From positions 146,537 through 210,536 of the forward strand of contig MGFX01000006.1 of NCBI GenBank assembly GCA_001792115.1: DNA of 64,000 nt, written 5' to 3'. Both the position numbers and the translations under genes were made by a program. Positions 35,466 through 45,701 of this stretch are shown piece after piece (position 1 is the stretch's first letter; every line of letters begins with the position of its first letter). The notes beneath the pieces are model-generated. The model saw only the letters and a program-made list of their open reading frames with translations, ran no database searches and was not told where the DNA came from. This DNA comes from Candidatus Woesebacteria bacterium RBG_16_42_24 (GTDB taxonomy: Bacteria; Patescibacteriota; Microgenomatia; UBA8517).

Positions 35466-38039
35466 ATGTGGAGAGATAGGGTAAGAAAAAGAAGGCTATC
35501 CCGTATAAGTAGCCTGGGAGCCCTCAATAGCCGAAAAATATTAAAGATTGTCAAATTTGCCTTTTTGGGAGTGATTGGACTCTTTTTTGCGACCTTTTTG
35601 CTACTTCCCGTTTTTGCATTTAATTTGCCCTCCCCCGACCAAGTGGTCAGGCGGGAGGGATTTTCTACCAAGATTTTAGATAGAAACGGTGAGGTCCTCT
35701 ATGACATTTTCTTAGACCAAAGAAGAACATTGGTTCCCTTGGACGAAGTGCCGCTTTACATGAGACAAGCAACTATCGCAATTGAAGATAAAAACTTTTA
35801 CAAGCACCAGGGTTTTGATCCAACGGGATACTTGCGCGCAATCTACAATATCGTCGTCAATAGAAGGCTCCAAGGAGGCTCGACCCTTACCCAACAGCTG
35901 GTCAAAAATGTCCTCCTCTCTCCCGAAAGAACGATATTTAGAAAAGTGAGAGAATTCATTCTTGCTATCCAGATCGAGAGAAAATACACAAAAGACGAAA
36001 TTTTACAGATGTATCTTAATGAGGCTCCTTATGGAGGAACAGCTTGGGGGGTGGGGTCTGCCGCTGAAATTTACTTTGGTAAAAAAGTAAAAGACTTGAC
36101 GCTTATTGAATCAGCGGTTTTGGCCGGTATGCCCCAAAGACCCTCGGTTTACTCTCCCTATTCATCGACTCCCAATGCATATATGGGGCGCACGCAGGAA
36201 GTTTTAAGAAGAATGCGAGAGGATGGATATATCTCCAAAGACCAAGAGGAGTCTGCCAAACGTGAGCTTGATAATGTCAAGTTTCAAGAAAGAGGAGCCA
36301 GTTTCAAAGCTCCGCACTTTGTTCAATATGTACAGAAGGTTCTTTCTGAAAGGTATGGAGAAGTAGTGGTTGAACAAGGGGGGCTTAAAGTTACAACTAC
36401 TCTTGATTTAGAACTACAGGAAAAAGCCGAAGATATAATTAAGGAAGAAATTGATAAAGTCGAGAAGCAAAATATTACAAATGGCGCGGCAGTTGCACTA
36501 AATCCCGAAACAGGGGAAATTTTGGCTATGGTTGGGTCAAAAGATTTTAACGCCCCCGACTACGACGGTCAATTTAACACCGCGGTTCAAGCCCTCAGAC
36601 AACCGGGAAGTTCTATTAAACCTGTTACTTATGTAACCGCTCTTAAGGAGGGCTACACGGCTTCTACACTTTTAATGGACGTTGAGACTACTTTCCCCGG
36701 TGGAGAAGGCCAGCCTGATTATAAGCCAGTAAATTATGACGGAAAATTTCGAGGCCCTATGCAAGTACGCTTTGCCCTAGCCAATTCTATAAACATGGCT
36801 GCAGTTAAGATGCTCGCAATGGTTGGGATTGAGGATACGTTAGAGACCGCCTATGACCTAGGAATTTCGACTCTTGAACCTACAAAGGAAACTTTAAGCC
36901 GAGTTGGGCTTTCATTAACGCTTGGTGGGGGTGAGGTCAGGCTGTATGAGCTAACTAGCGCGTACGCAGCGTTTATGAACGGCGGATTTAGGGTCGACCC
37001 TGTGGCTATTCTCAAAGTAGAAGATTCTAAGGGTAAAGTGCTCGAGGAGATAAAGCCCAAAAAAGGAAAAAGAGTATTAAGTCCCGAGCAGGCTTTCGTT
37101 ATTGCCGATATTCTTTCTGATAATAATGCCCGTTCCGAAATTTTCGGGACAAATTCACTTCTTAACATTCCCGGTAAAACCGTGGCGGTTAAGACCGGAA
37201 CTACTAACGATAAACGCGACAACTGGACCATTGGAGGAAACTCGCAGGGCGTTGTAGGAACATGGGTCGGAAATAACGACTACTCCCCCATGCTACAAGT
37301 CGCATCCGGTGTTTCAGGCGCTTCTCCGATTTGGAGAAGGGTACTTCTGGAACTTTTGAAGGATAAGCCGGCAGTTAAATTTGAAATTCCCTCAGGTATA
37401 GTCACAGCTTCTGTAGATAGCATTTCTGGATACCGTGCTCACGACGGGTATGCTTCAAGGAGCGAATATTTTATTAAGGGTACAGAACCCGGCGAGGATT
37501 CGGTGCATGTCAAATTAAAAGTTTGTAAATCAGACGGAAAATTGGCGACACCCAGCGATATTGCCAGTGGAAACTTTGAGGAAAAAGAGTTTTTCGTTTT
37601 CAAGGAAGAGGATCCTTTCGCCGGCCCCGGCGAACCTAATCGTTGGCAGGAAGGAATATTGGCCTGGTTGAGTACTCAGGGGGATTCACGCTACCATCCT
37701 CCAGGAGATTACTGCGGCACGTCAACTCCAGTAAACGTGGAGTTTGATACTCCGGCTGACCATACTTCGGGCTTACCCAACACCTTTAAGGTCAAGGTTA
37801 GAGCCGATTCCACTTCTGATATTGTCCTGATCGAGCTTGAAGTGGACGGAACCAAAATTAGGACTTTTACGGGGCCGCCATATGAGCAGGATGTGACGCT
37901 TTCCGATGGAGTTCATACAATCAGGGCTAAGGCCAGAGACGCCAACGGCAAGGAATCTGATAGAAGTATTACAATTGGAGTAAATGTTGCTTGGGACTAC
38001 TCCCCTTCTCCTACTCCAAGCCCTACACCAACCCCTTGA
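35466..38039 (+). CDS. Class A penicillin-binding protein (PBP1A: GT51 transglycosylase + transpeptidase) with C-terminal Ig-like/PT-rich extension
   Basis: 857 aa; GT51 EDKNFYKHQGFD, RGGSTLTQQL; transpeptidase SSIKP, SNS-like, KTGT. Confidence 0.9.
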   Translation: MWRDRVRKRRLSRISSLGALNSRKILKIVKFAFLGVIGLFFATFLLLPVFAFNLPSPDQVVRREGFSTKILDRNGEVLYDIFLDQRRTLVPLDEVPLYMRQATIAIEDKNFYKHQGFDPTGYLRAIYNIVVNRRLQGGSTLTQQLVKNVLLSPERTIFRKVREFILAIQIERKYTKDEILQMYLNEAPYGGTAWGVGSAAEIYFGKKVKDLTLIESAVLAGMPQRPSVYSPYSSTPNAYMGRTQEVLRRMREDGYISKDQEESAKRELDNVKFQERGASFKAPHFVQYVQKVLSERYGEVVVEQGGLKVTTTLDLELQEKAEDIIKEEIDKVEKQNITNGAAVALNPETGEILAMVGSKDFNAPDYDGQFNTAVQALRQPGSSIKPVTYVTALKEGYTASTLLMDVETTFPGGEGQPDYKPVNYDGKFRGPMQVRFALANSINMAAVKMLAMVGIEDTLETAYDLGISTLEPTKETLSRVGLSLTLGGGEVRLYELTSAYAAFMNGGFRVDPVAILKVEDSKGKVLEEIKPKKGKRVLSPEQAFVIADILSDNNARSEIFGTNSLLNIPGKTVAVKTGTTNDKRDNWTIGGNSQGVVGTWVGNNDYSPMLQVASGVSGASPIWRRVLLELLKDKPAVKFEIPSGIVTASVDSISGYRAHDGYASRSEYFIKGTEPGEDSVHVKLKVCKSDGKLATPSDIASGNFEEKEFFVFKEEDPFAGPGEPNRWQEGILAWLSTQGDSRYHPPGDYCGTSTPVNVEFDTPADHTSGLPNTFKVKVRADSTSDIVLIELEVDGTKIRTFTGPPYEQDVTLSDGVHTIRAKARDANGKESDRSITIGVNVAWDYSPSPTPSPTPTP

Positions 38040-38044
38040 CATTG

Positions 38045-38053
38045 GTATGGTAT
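38045..38053 (+). promoter_or_regulatory. Extended -10 promoter element TGGTATAAT upstream of 38081..38464
   Basis: TGnTATAAT read directly; RBS AAAAGAGG 1 nt before the ATG at 38081. Confidence 0.4.
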
Positions 38054-38080
38054 AATTTGCTAACCCGCCCACAAAAGAGG

Positions 38081-38464
38081 ATGGCAGTAAGAGAAAGAGA
38101 CTTTCAATATTGCACTCCGGAAGCCCTTCCTGAGAGTTGGGAGATTACCCGTGTCGAGATTCGAAGGGGCCACAAGACATATATTCCCACCAAAATCCGA
38201 AGAGACGGTAGCGGTCCTTACTCACATTTTGTGCTAGAAGAGATCCGTTGGCTTCATACGCGTATAGAAGCTCTTAGAGGAGGATCGACTGAATTAAACC
38301 AAGCTGAAACAATGTCTAATGAGGAACGCAGGAGGAGTTATATTAATGTAATAAATACGTTTTGTGGTCACGAGAATGCTACTATAGAATTTATTCCAAT
38401 TAAAGGCGGGAGTTTTAATTATCGGCTCGCTTTGAAAAATGGTAATGGTAACAACGGCCATTAA
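38081..38464 (+). CDS. Hypothetical protein (start moved to MAVRERDF...)
   Basis: 127 aa from an ATG with a strong RBS; no recognisable domain. Confidence 0.4.
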   Translation: MAVRERDFQYCTPEALPESWEITRVEIRRGHKTYIPTKIRRDGSGPYSHFVLEEIRWLHTRIEALRGGSTELNQAETMSNEERRRSYINVINTFCGHENATIEFIPIKGGSFNYRLALKNGNGNNGH

Positions 38465-40410
38465 CCCTTAATAACGCCGCCAAATTTTTCATTGAGTCTT
38501 CTGATTACTAATTTACGGATTTCATCTACTTCACCATCAGTTAAGGTTTTGCTTGGGTGTTGATACCAGAGGCGGAATGTGTAGGAATCTTGAAAGGTGT
38601 CAGTAAGCTCTACCCTAGCTATTAACTTATCTGACGATTTTATAGAAGAAATTACTTCGCCAATCTTGGTTCTTCCAGGAAATGATAAAGTAATATCCTC
38701 AATTTGGGCCGGATATTTGGGAATGGCCGTAAAGCTTCCAACCTCCTTACTGTCTGCTCTTAATTCTTCTACATCAATTTCGTAGTAAAAGGAGCCTTCT
38801 TCTAACTCTCCGAAGGAGCCAATCTCTCTTGGGCCAGATTTGACGCTCAATCTCCGGCTGGGCAAGTAGTGTGGCCCCTCCTCGGGTGTGAGTTTTCCTT
38901 CAAATTTCAGTTCCGCAAGCAGGCCTTCAATCATACCTTTAGCTTCTCTAAAGGAGCTACCAACGAATATTCCGGCAAGAGTCATTTTCTCTTCTGGTAA
39001 ATCCTGCCTGCCGGCCGGCAGGTATATATTTGCCATTTCGAAAAGATGATACGGCTCTTTCTCTCCGGAGTTTTCCTTAGCCGCTTTGACAAGAGAAGGC
39101 ATTAAGGAAGTTCTTAGGTACTCCCCTTCAGGACCTAGGGGATTTTTTAGTTTTAGACCACTTGGGGCTTCACCGGAAGAAACTAAAGAAAGCGTGTAAA
39201 CTTCGGCTGCCCCGTAGCCCTTCAGAATGCTTTTGATTTTGCTTTCGAATTCAAATGGAGAATTAACCAACGGTTCTGGTATTGCCCCCTCCATTAATTT
39301 GCTTGGAAGCTTGTGGTAGCCATAAATTCTGGCAATCTCTTCAACAATGTCTTCAGGAAGGGACACGTCGTTTGCTCTCCATGAAGGAACAAGGACTTCT
39401 AGAGTGCCTCCTCTCCAGTTTGCCTCGAATCCTAAAGACCCGAATATTTGTGTTATGTTACTTTTAGAAAGCGAAATACCCAACCTACTATTTATGAAAT
39501 CGAGGTTAGTTTGAACCTTCATGGGTTTATAGGGATTGGGATAGATATCAAGTATTTCTTTTTCTGCCTTACCCTTGGTGAGACTTTCAAATAAATCAAT
39601 TCCGCGAGAAATACCTAGACTAACCAATTCCGGGTCGAGACTTTTTTCGAAAAGAACCGCCGCCTCGGTTCGGTGAGCCAAGCTCATAGAAGTTTTTCTA
39701 ATGTTTACTGGATTATAAGTTTGGACAAAAAGAAGAATATTTTTGGTAGTTTCGTCGACTGCTGAATTTTCCCCTCCCATAATTCCGGCAAGGTCAATGA
39801 GTCTTCCCTTTCCATCCTCAATTACAATATCGTCTCCGAAAAGAGCGTGGGTCTTTCCGTCAAGAGTTGTTAGCTTCTCTACTCTTCTACTTTTGCGTAG
39901 TACCATTTTTGCTCCTAAGATTTTGTCATAGTCAAATGTATGAACCGGTTGTCCAAGCTCGTGCATAATGTAGTTTGAAATATCAACAACGTTATTTATC
40001 GGTCTTACTCCGCATAAGCTAAGCCTTTCCTTCATCCAATCTGGAGACTGGGCGATACTAACATTTCTTATTAAAACAGCAGAGAATCTGGGACACAAAC
40101 TAGAATCAACATTAACTTCTAAGTAATTCACCTTGCTAACAAATTTAAGATTACCTACTTTTATCGGATAAAGTAAGGCCTTGACGCCAAATTGGGGCAA
40201 GATTGCGCAAGCTTCTCTGGCTATACCAAATACCGAGGCAGAGTCGACCCTATTGGTAGTTACTTCAATCGAATAGATTGAGTCGCTGCCTACCCTTTCG
40301 ACCTTTTCAACAGAAGGCCCGCACAGGGAGAGGTCCTCCGCAATTTTATTTGTGGATGCCTTAGTCTGCAAAAAGTCTCTCAGCCAGTTGTCCGGCACTA
40401 ATATATTCAT
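38461..40410 (-). CDS. pheT: Phenylalanine--tRNA ligase beta subunit (compact form lacking N-terminal tRNA-binding domain)
   Basis: 649 aa; B3/B4, B5 and catalytic-like domains; adjacent to pheS. Confidence 0.85.
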   Translation of the reverse strand: MNILVPDNWLRDFLQTKASTNKIAEDLSLCGPSVEKVERVGSDSIYSIEVTTNRVDSASVFGIAREACAILPQFGVKALLYPIKVGNLKFVSKVNYLEVNVDSSLCPRFSAVLIRNVSIAQSPDWMKERLSLCGVRPINNVVDISNYIMHELGQPVHTFDYDKILGAKMVLRKSRRVEKLTTLDGKTHALFGDDIVIEDGKGRLIDLAGIMGGENSAVDETTKNILLFVQTYNPVNIRKTSMSLAHRTEAAVLFEKSLDPELVSLGISRGIDLFESLTKGKAEKEILDIYPNPYKPMKVQTNLDFINSRLGISLSKSNITQIFGSLGFEANWRGGTLEVLVPSWRANDVSLPEDIVEEIARIYGYHKLPSKLMEGAIPEPLVNSPFEFESKIKSILKGYGAAEVYTLSLVSSGEAPSGLKLKNPLGPEGEYLRTSLMPSLVKAAKENSGEKEPYHLFEMANIYLPAGRQDLPEEKMTLAGIFVGSSFREAKGMIEGLLAELKFEGKLTPEEGPHYLPSRRLSVKSGPREIGSFGELEEGSFYYEIDVEELRADSKEVGSFTAIPKYPAQIEDITLSFPGRTKIGEVISSIKSSDKLIARVELTDTFQDSYTFRLWYQHPSKTLTDGEVDEIRKLVIRRLNEKFGGVIKG

Positions 40411-40438
40411 ATATGTATGATAAGATGATATATCATCA

Positions 40439-41464
40439 TTAGAATTGCCTAAGGAATTGAAGGCCAGAACTATATAAAAGGCGTATATCTGGGATGGAAA
40501 GACCAGACTTCATCATGTACGTTCTCTCAACTCCCCAGCCAAAAGCGAATCCTGTATATTTACTTGGATCGATACCCCCATTTTTGAGAACGACAGGGTG
40601 AACCATCCCGGCCCCACCCAATTCAAGCCAGCCTCCTTTGCAGACTTTACAACCCTTCCCTTCGCAAATCCCACAGGTAATGTCTACTTCGAAGGAAGGC
40701 TCAGTGAATTGAAAGTGGAAGGGACGTAGTCTTGTTTTTCTTTCTTTCCCAAAGAAATTTCGGGCGAAGTAATCAAGCGTTCCTTTTAGGTGAGCAATCG
40801 ATATCCCCTCATCTATGACCAAACCTTCGAATTGATGAAACATTGGAAAGTGTGAGACGTCGATTTGTCTTCTATAACACTTGGCAATATTTATCATCCT
40901 TATTGGAGGTGTTTTTACTCGCTGCATTTCCCTTAACTGACCGGATGATGTTTGAGGAGTCAGTACCATTTCGCCGAACTTTGGATGATTGAGGCCTTCC
41001 ACAAAAAACGTTTCCCACTCATCCCGCGCCGGGTGGTCTTTGGGCATATTAAGTCCCCCAAAAGCAAACCAGTCCCACTCAACTTCAGGATAGCGAACTC
41101 TGACAAAACCAATTTGGGCAAATGTATTTGCGATTTCATCAATTGCATGAGTTACGAGATGGAGATGGCCTCGAGGAGGTTTTATCCCCGGAATTGTGGG
41201 GTCAAACCAATCACGGGCAGATTCTTTGAGAGAATTTTTTCTTTCAGAAAGAAGTGAGGTAAGTGCATTTTTGGCCTCGTTGATCAAAACTCCGACGAGC
41301 TTTTTTTCCTCACTAGGGACTGACTTTATCCTCTTAAATAACTCCGTTAATTTCCCGCTTCTTCCAAGGTAAGCAATTCTTAATTCTTCCAAGTCTTCCG
41401 CCGACTTCGCGGCAGAAATTTGGGCTATTGCCTGATTTTTTAGACTAAGTATTTCTTCTCTCAT
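40439..41464 (-). CDS. pheS: Phenylalanine--tRNA ligase alpha subunit
   Basis: 341 aa; class II motifs, FPMFHQFEGL, GWGVER. Confidence 0.93.
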   Translation of the reverse strand: MREEILSLKNQAIAQISAAKSAEDLEELRIAYLGRSGKLTELFKRIKSVPSEEKKLVGVLINEAKNALTSLLSERKNSLKESARDWFDPTIPGIKPPRGHLHLVTHAIDEIANTFAQIGFVRVRYPEVEWDWFAFGGLNMPKDHPARDEWETFFVEGLNHPKFGEMVLTPQTSSGQLREMQRVKTPPIRMINIAKCYRRQIDVSHFPMFHQFEGLVIDEGISIAHLKGTLDYFARNFFGKERKTRLRPFHFQFTEPSFEVDITCGICEGKGCKVCKGGWLELGGAGMVHPVVLKNGGIDPSKYTGFAFGWGVERTYMMKSGLSIPDIRLLYSSGLQFLRQF

Positions 41465-41550
41465 AAGTTGATACCCATTTTATAGTATAGGCTTGATTGA
41501 GAAAATAGCATTGTTAAATTACGTTCCTGTCTTCAGGTTACGATTTAGTT

Positions 41551-41850
41551 CTAACAATTTTCCCAAGCTTCAAGACTAGGCCCCTTCAGGTATATAGTTG
41601 CGTCAGGATGTTCCTCCCGAACATTAGGATTATTCTCACGGGGGGCTAGGATTTTTGCCGCTTCTGTTTGTGAATTGTGTTTTGCATGTAAATCTAGAAC
41701 TTCCTGGTCCGAAAGACCTGCAACACTAATATTGCGATTGGCTAAGGCTAAAGTAGCGCGAGTTACTTCTAGACCAGATTTCCATGGGGAGCCACCCCCA
41801 CATACATCTGAATGTGAATGATAAATTTTTATTTCTTTCATATGTATCAC
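41551..41850 (-). CDS. Hypothetical protein inserted between rplT and pheS
   Basis: 99 aa ORF with RBS GGGGTGA 5 nt before the ATG; no known motif. Confidence 0.4.
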   Translation of the reverse strand: MIHMKEIKIYHSHSDVCGGGSPWKSGLEVTRATLALANRNISVAGLSDQEVLDLHAKHNSQTEAAKILAPRENNPNVREEHPDATIYLKGPSLEAWENC

Positions 41851-41865
41851 CCCATTTCTTTACCA

Positions 41866-41895
41866 ATAAAAAACCTCCCCTTCGGGAGGTTATTC
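41866..41895 (-). terminator. Rho-independent terminator (AACCUCCC-GAAG-GGGAGGUU + UUUUUUAUU) between rplT and the 99-aa ORF/pheST
   Basis: 8-bp GC-rich perfect stem with GAAG loop followed by a U tract on the minus strand. Confidence 0.7.
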
Positions 41896-41986
41896 CCAAC
41901 AGAGCTTCAACCTCCCTACTTAAGAGAGGGTAAAGCTAAAGAATGTAACTGATAAAACTTTTGTCATTAGAGTGATTTTAACTTGT

Positions 41987-42325
41987 TTATTTGACTATTT
42001 CAACAATTTTCTTAAATGTGTTAGGGTCATTCACTGCAATGTCGGCTAAAATTTTTCTATCTAGTTCAATTTCGGCTTTTTTGAGACCTGCCACGAATTT
42101 TGAATAGGATAACCCTTCTTCCCTCACTGCTGAATTGAGTCTGATAATCCAAAGACTTCTTAGATCTCGCTTCCTTAATTTTCTTCCGTGGTACGCATAT
42201 TGCCCAGCATGAAGTAAAGCTTCTTTTGCGGCTTGGATTCTTACCCTTCGAGCCTGCTTAAAGCCCTTAGCCCTAGCAAGAAATTTTCTGTGGCGCCTAG
42301 CCGATGTTGATTTTACTCTTGCCAT
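41987..42325 (-). CDS. rplT: 50S ribosomal protein L20
   Basis: 112 aa; [22 protein letters not shown]... Confidence 0.93.
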   Translation of the reverse strand: MARVKSTSARRHRKFLARAKGFKQARRVRIQAAKEALLHAGQYAYHGRKLRKRDLRSLWIIRLNSAVREEGLSYSKFVAGLKKAEIELDRKILADIAVNDPNTFKKIVEIVK

Positions 42326-42349
42326 GGTTTGATTTTACTAAGGACAAAA

Positions 42350-42544
42350 TTACTTGCCAAGTACCTTTCTAATTTTTCTGGCATAAACATTTTTTACCTT
42401 GGTCGGCCTTCGGAGGCGTCTAAGCCTTTTAGCCGATTTCCCCACACTTAAGTGTCGGGCGAAAGCCTTGCGTCTTAAGACTTTCCCATTCTTTGTAATT
42501 CTAAATCTATTAGTTAACGACTTTCTTGTCTTTGCCTTCGGCAT
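42350..42544 (-). CDS. rpmI: 50S ribosomal protein L35
   Basis: 64 aa; MPKAKTRKS... Confidence 0.9.
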   Translation of the reverse strand: MPKAKTRKSLTNRFRITKNGKVLRRKAFARHLSVGKSAKRLRRLRRPTKVKNVYARKIRKVLGK

Positions 42545-43067
42545 ATATCTGCTCTACTCTCTTTTTCCCTAATGGTGAAATTATAGTTATTAAGTGTCGG
42601 CCAAAAAATTTTGGCTCCATATCGGTGATAACAGTACCCCCTAAAATGTCTAAGATTCTTTTTATCAAAAGGTAACCGAACCTCGTACTCCCCATTTGGC
42701 GTCCTGTGAAAACTACCACGACCTTGACTTTATCTTTATCGCTTAAAAATTCTCTGATTCTTTCAATCCTAAAGTTGAAATCATTCTCAGCAATAAAAGG
42801 CGAAAATCTTATTTCTTTTATCTCTCCGCCTTTGGCTCTCTTTTGCTGACTCCTTAGTTTTTTCTCTTCTTGATAGCGAAACTTACCCAGGTCAACTATC
42901 TTGGCAACGGGCGGGTTGGCAGCGGGAGCAATTTCGATAAGCGCGAGTTTCAAACTTTTTGCTTTGGCTAAGGCAGTCTCCCTTGTAAGAATTCCAAGTT
43001 GCTTTCCAGCGCCATCTATGACTCGAAGCTTCTCGGCTCTAATTTGGTCGTTGATTCTATAACTCAC
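42510..43067 (-). CDS. infC: Translation initiation factor IF-3
   Basis: 185 aa; RINDQIRAEKLRVIDGAGKQLGIL N-domain, C-domain KVKVVVVFTGRQM. Confidence 0.9.
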   Translation of the reverse strand: MSYRINDQIRAEKLRVIDGAGKQLGILTRETALAKAKSLKLALIEIAPAANPPVAKIVDLGKFRYQEEKKLRSQQKRAKGGEIKEIRFSPFIAENDFNFRIERIREFLSDKDKVKVVVVFTGRQMGSTRFGYLLIKRILDILGGTVITDMEPKFFGRHLITIISPLGKKRVEQIYAEGKDKKVVN

Positions 43068-43113
43068 CTGAACTTGTTAAATTGTAACATCCTTGAAGCT
43101 ATTTCACAAATCA

Positions 43114-44865
43114 TCATAAACTCTTGGTTTCAATCTCTTTTCTTATATTACCAATAAATTTGTCAATTGAAAGTGCTCCGGAATCTTTACCGCTTCTACC
43201 ACGCACAGAAACCGTTTTTTCCTTCTCTTCTTTATCTCCTAAAATGAGCATGTATGGAATTTTTTGAATTTGAGCGTCTCTTATTTTGGCTTGCAACCTT
43301 TCGTTTCTTTCGTCTAGCTCTGCTCGAATACCATTTTCTTTGAGTTTCTCCCAAACGCTCTTGGCATAGGAGAGATTTTTGTCGGTAATTGGAAGTACTT
43401 TAACTTGAACCGGAGAAAGCCAAACGGGAAAGTTTCCTCCCCAGTGCTCGATGAGGAAGGCAATAAAGCGCTCGTGCGACCCAAGGGGCGCGCGGTGGAT
43501 AATAACGGGAGTTTCTTCTTTGCCGCTTTTATCAACATATTTTAAGTTGAACCTTTTTCCCATAAATAGGTCAATCTGGTTTGTTGAAATTCCGAATTCT
43601 CTACCAATTGAGGAGCGGATTACGAAATCAATCTTTGGGCCGTAAAATGCGGCGCTTCCGATGTCCTCGACCATTTTGATATCAACTTTACCTGCAGCCT
43701 CACGCATCAGCCCCTCTGCGAGTTTCCACATATCCTCGTCTCCATGGTATTTTTTCTTGTTTGTTGGATCCCTTAATGAAAGAACCAAATGGTATTCAGT
43801 AATCCCTAAGGTTTTATAATAGTATTCGTGAAGCCTCATGACGTTCACAAATTCCCCGACAGCTTGCTCTGGGGTACAGTAGATGTGGGAGTCGTTTTGG
43901 CTGAACCCCCGCACCCTCATCATACCGAAAAGCTCTCCTGAGGCCTCATAGCGGTAGCAAGTCCCGTACTCTGCAAGCCTTAAAGGGAGTTCTTTATAGC
44001 TTCTTACCTTCGACTTATAAATCATGTGGTGGTGCGGGCAGTTCATGGGTTTGAGATAATATTCCTCTCCCCCCTCCCCCTTCATCGGAGGGTACATGTC
44101 GTCTTTATAATAAGGGAGGTGGCCGGATGTAAAGTAAAGACCCGACTTTGTGATATTGGGAGTGGTGACCCTCTGATATCCCCAGGCTTCTTCGGTTTCC
44201 TTGGCCCACTTTTCAATCTCCTCTTTAATGATGTTGCCTTTGGGGAGCCAGAGGACGAGTCCGGGTCCTACTTCCTCGGAAATGGTAAAAAGCTCGAGTT
44301 CTTTACCAATTTTTCTGTGGTCGCGTTTTTTTGCCTCCTCAAGGTCGGCCAAATATTTGTCTAATTCTTTTTGAGTCGCAAAAATAGTTCCGTAGATACG
44401 CGTAAGCATGGTGTTTTTCTCGCTTCCTCGCCAATATGCCCCCGCGACAGAAAGAAGTTTGAAGTATTTAATTTCTTTGGCTGGATTATCTATGTGGCCA
44501 CCCCGACAAAGATCAATAAAATTTCCGGATTGATAAACCGTTATGTCCTGGTTATCTTTTTCAAATTCCCTAATTAGTTCGAGCTTATATTGGTTGTCCT
44601 TGAATCTTTCCTTGATCGCATGAATCGATTCATGAAAGCGCCTGAATTCCTTCCAATCTTTTACAAGCTGGTGCATTTTTTCCTCTATTTTTACTAAATC
44701 TTCCTCCGAAATTTTGGTATCAGCGAAGTCAAAATCATAGTAAAAACCATTCTCTATTGGAGGCCCGAGGGTAGGCTTAGCATTTGGCCACAATGAAGTT
44801 ACCGCCGCAGCCAAGAGGTGCGAAGTTGAATGTCTCAAATTATCTAAATTATTCTTCGTTGCCAC
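43114..44865 (-). CDS. thrS: Threonine--tRNA ligase (compact; N-terminal TGS domain reduced/absent)
   Basis: 583 aa; second additional domain, class II core, HRAPLGSHERFIAFLIEH, C-terminal anticodon-binding domain. Confidence 0.93.
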   Translation of the reverse strand: MATKNNLDNLRHSTSHLLAAAVTSLWPNAKPTLGPPIENGFYYDFDFADTKISEEDLVKIEEKMHQLVKDWKEFRRFHESIHAIKERFKDNQYKLELIREFEKDNQDITVYQSGNFIDLCRGGHIDNPAKEIKYFKLLSVAGAYWRGSEKNTMLTRIYGTIFATQKELDKYLADLEEAKKRDHRKIGKELELFTISEEVGPGLVLWLPKGNIIKEEIEKWAKETEEAWGYQRVTTPNITKSGLYFTSGHLPYYKDDMYPPMKGEGGEEYYLKPMNCPHHHMIYKSKVRSYKELPLRLAEYGTCYRYEASGELFGMMRVRGFSQNDSHIYCTPEQAVGEFVNVMRLHEYYYKTLGITEYHLVLSLRDPTNKKKYHGDEDMWKLAEGLMREAAGKVDIKMVEDIGSAAFYGPKIDFVIRSSIGREFGISTNQIDLFMGKRFNLKYVDKSGKEETPVIIHRAPLGSHERFIAFLIEHWGGNFPVWLSPVQVKVLPITDKNLSYAKSVWEKLKENGIRAELDERNERLQAKIRDAQIQKIPYMLILGDKEEKEKTVSVRGRSGKDSGALSIDKFIGNIRKEIETKSL

Positions 44866-45002
44866 TTAAGCTGATTTTATCTTATTCAGGGCTAGGCTGC
44901 AAAGGAGATTAGCGACTTTTTGTATCAGGTTGAAGAACGCCGAAAATATTTCCTTCAGCATCTTTGAAATATTGGTGCCAACCGACTCCGTGAATTAGAT
45001 TT

Positions 45003-45533
45003 TTAGGGAAAACAGTTTGGCCAGAGATTTCCTTTGCCGATTGAGACGACATAGGCTGCTGTTTGGGCCGATTCTTCGGCATTGTAACGAAGGTCCAAAT
45101 TTGTATCTTCTCCTATTGCCTGTCGGTTACTTGTCCAGCTGGATTTACCAAACTGGTAAAGACCGACATAGGGCCCGTTTACCGCCAGAGGATTAAAACC
45201 CGATTCACAAGTTGCGATGTGCCGCATTACATTGGGGTCTACTCCATATTGGGCGGCAAAGCGCTCAATATATGCGTGGATTTGCTCGGGAGGTATTGTT
45301 GGAACGGGGATTGGGGTAGGAATGGGACTTGGGCTTGGGGTCGGAGAGGGTGTTGGAGTAGAAGTAGGCGTAGGGGTTTGAGAAGGAGAAGGGGTGACGG
45401 TTGGAGAAGTGGTGGGTGTTGTCACTAAGCTCAAAACTTCCCCTTTGATACCTCCCTTAAAAAACCAGAGAATCCCAGCGATCCCCAAACCCAAAATTGC
45501 AAGAAATATGTATTTCCGAACATTTCTCATCAC
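45003..45533 (-). CDS. Secreted transglycosylase-like (Rpf-like) domain protein with Pro/Thr/Ser-rich linker
   Basis: 176 aa; signal anchor, TPSPTP linker, C-terminal IATCESGFNPLAVNGPYVGLYQFGKSSW matches the transglycosylase-like CESGG...GLQF motif. Confidence 0.7.
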   Translation of the reverse strand: MMRNVRKYIFLAILGLGIAGILWFFKGGIKGEVLSLVTTPTTSPTVTPSPSQTPTPTSTPTPSPTPSPSPIPTPIPVPTIPPEQIHAYIERFAAQYGVDPNVMRHIATCESGFNPLAVNGPYVGLYQFGKSSWTSNRQAIGEDTNLDLRYNAEESAQTAAYVVSIGKGNLWPNCFP

Positions 45534-45604
45534 GCAAGATTATATCATTCGGGTTATCTTGGCTCTAAGGAGTAAGAAGACCTAGTTTTTAGATAGTAAT
45601 ATTG

Positions 45605-45676
45605 TGGACCCGGGGGGAATTGAACCCCCTACTCTTCCATGCCATGGAAGCATGTTACCGGTATACCACGGGCCCT
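45605..45676 (-). tRNA. tRNA-Ala (anticodon GGC), G3:U70 present, CCA not encoded
   Basis: Reverse complement GGGCCCGTGGTATACCGGTAACATGCTTCCATGGCATGGAAGAGTAGGGGGTTCAATTCCCCCCGGGTCCA folds as a cloverleaf. Confidence 0.85.
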
Positions 45677-45701
45677 TTTAACAAAACTAGTATAGCAAAA
45701 A

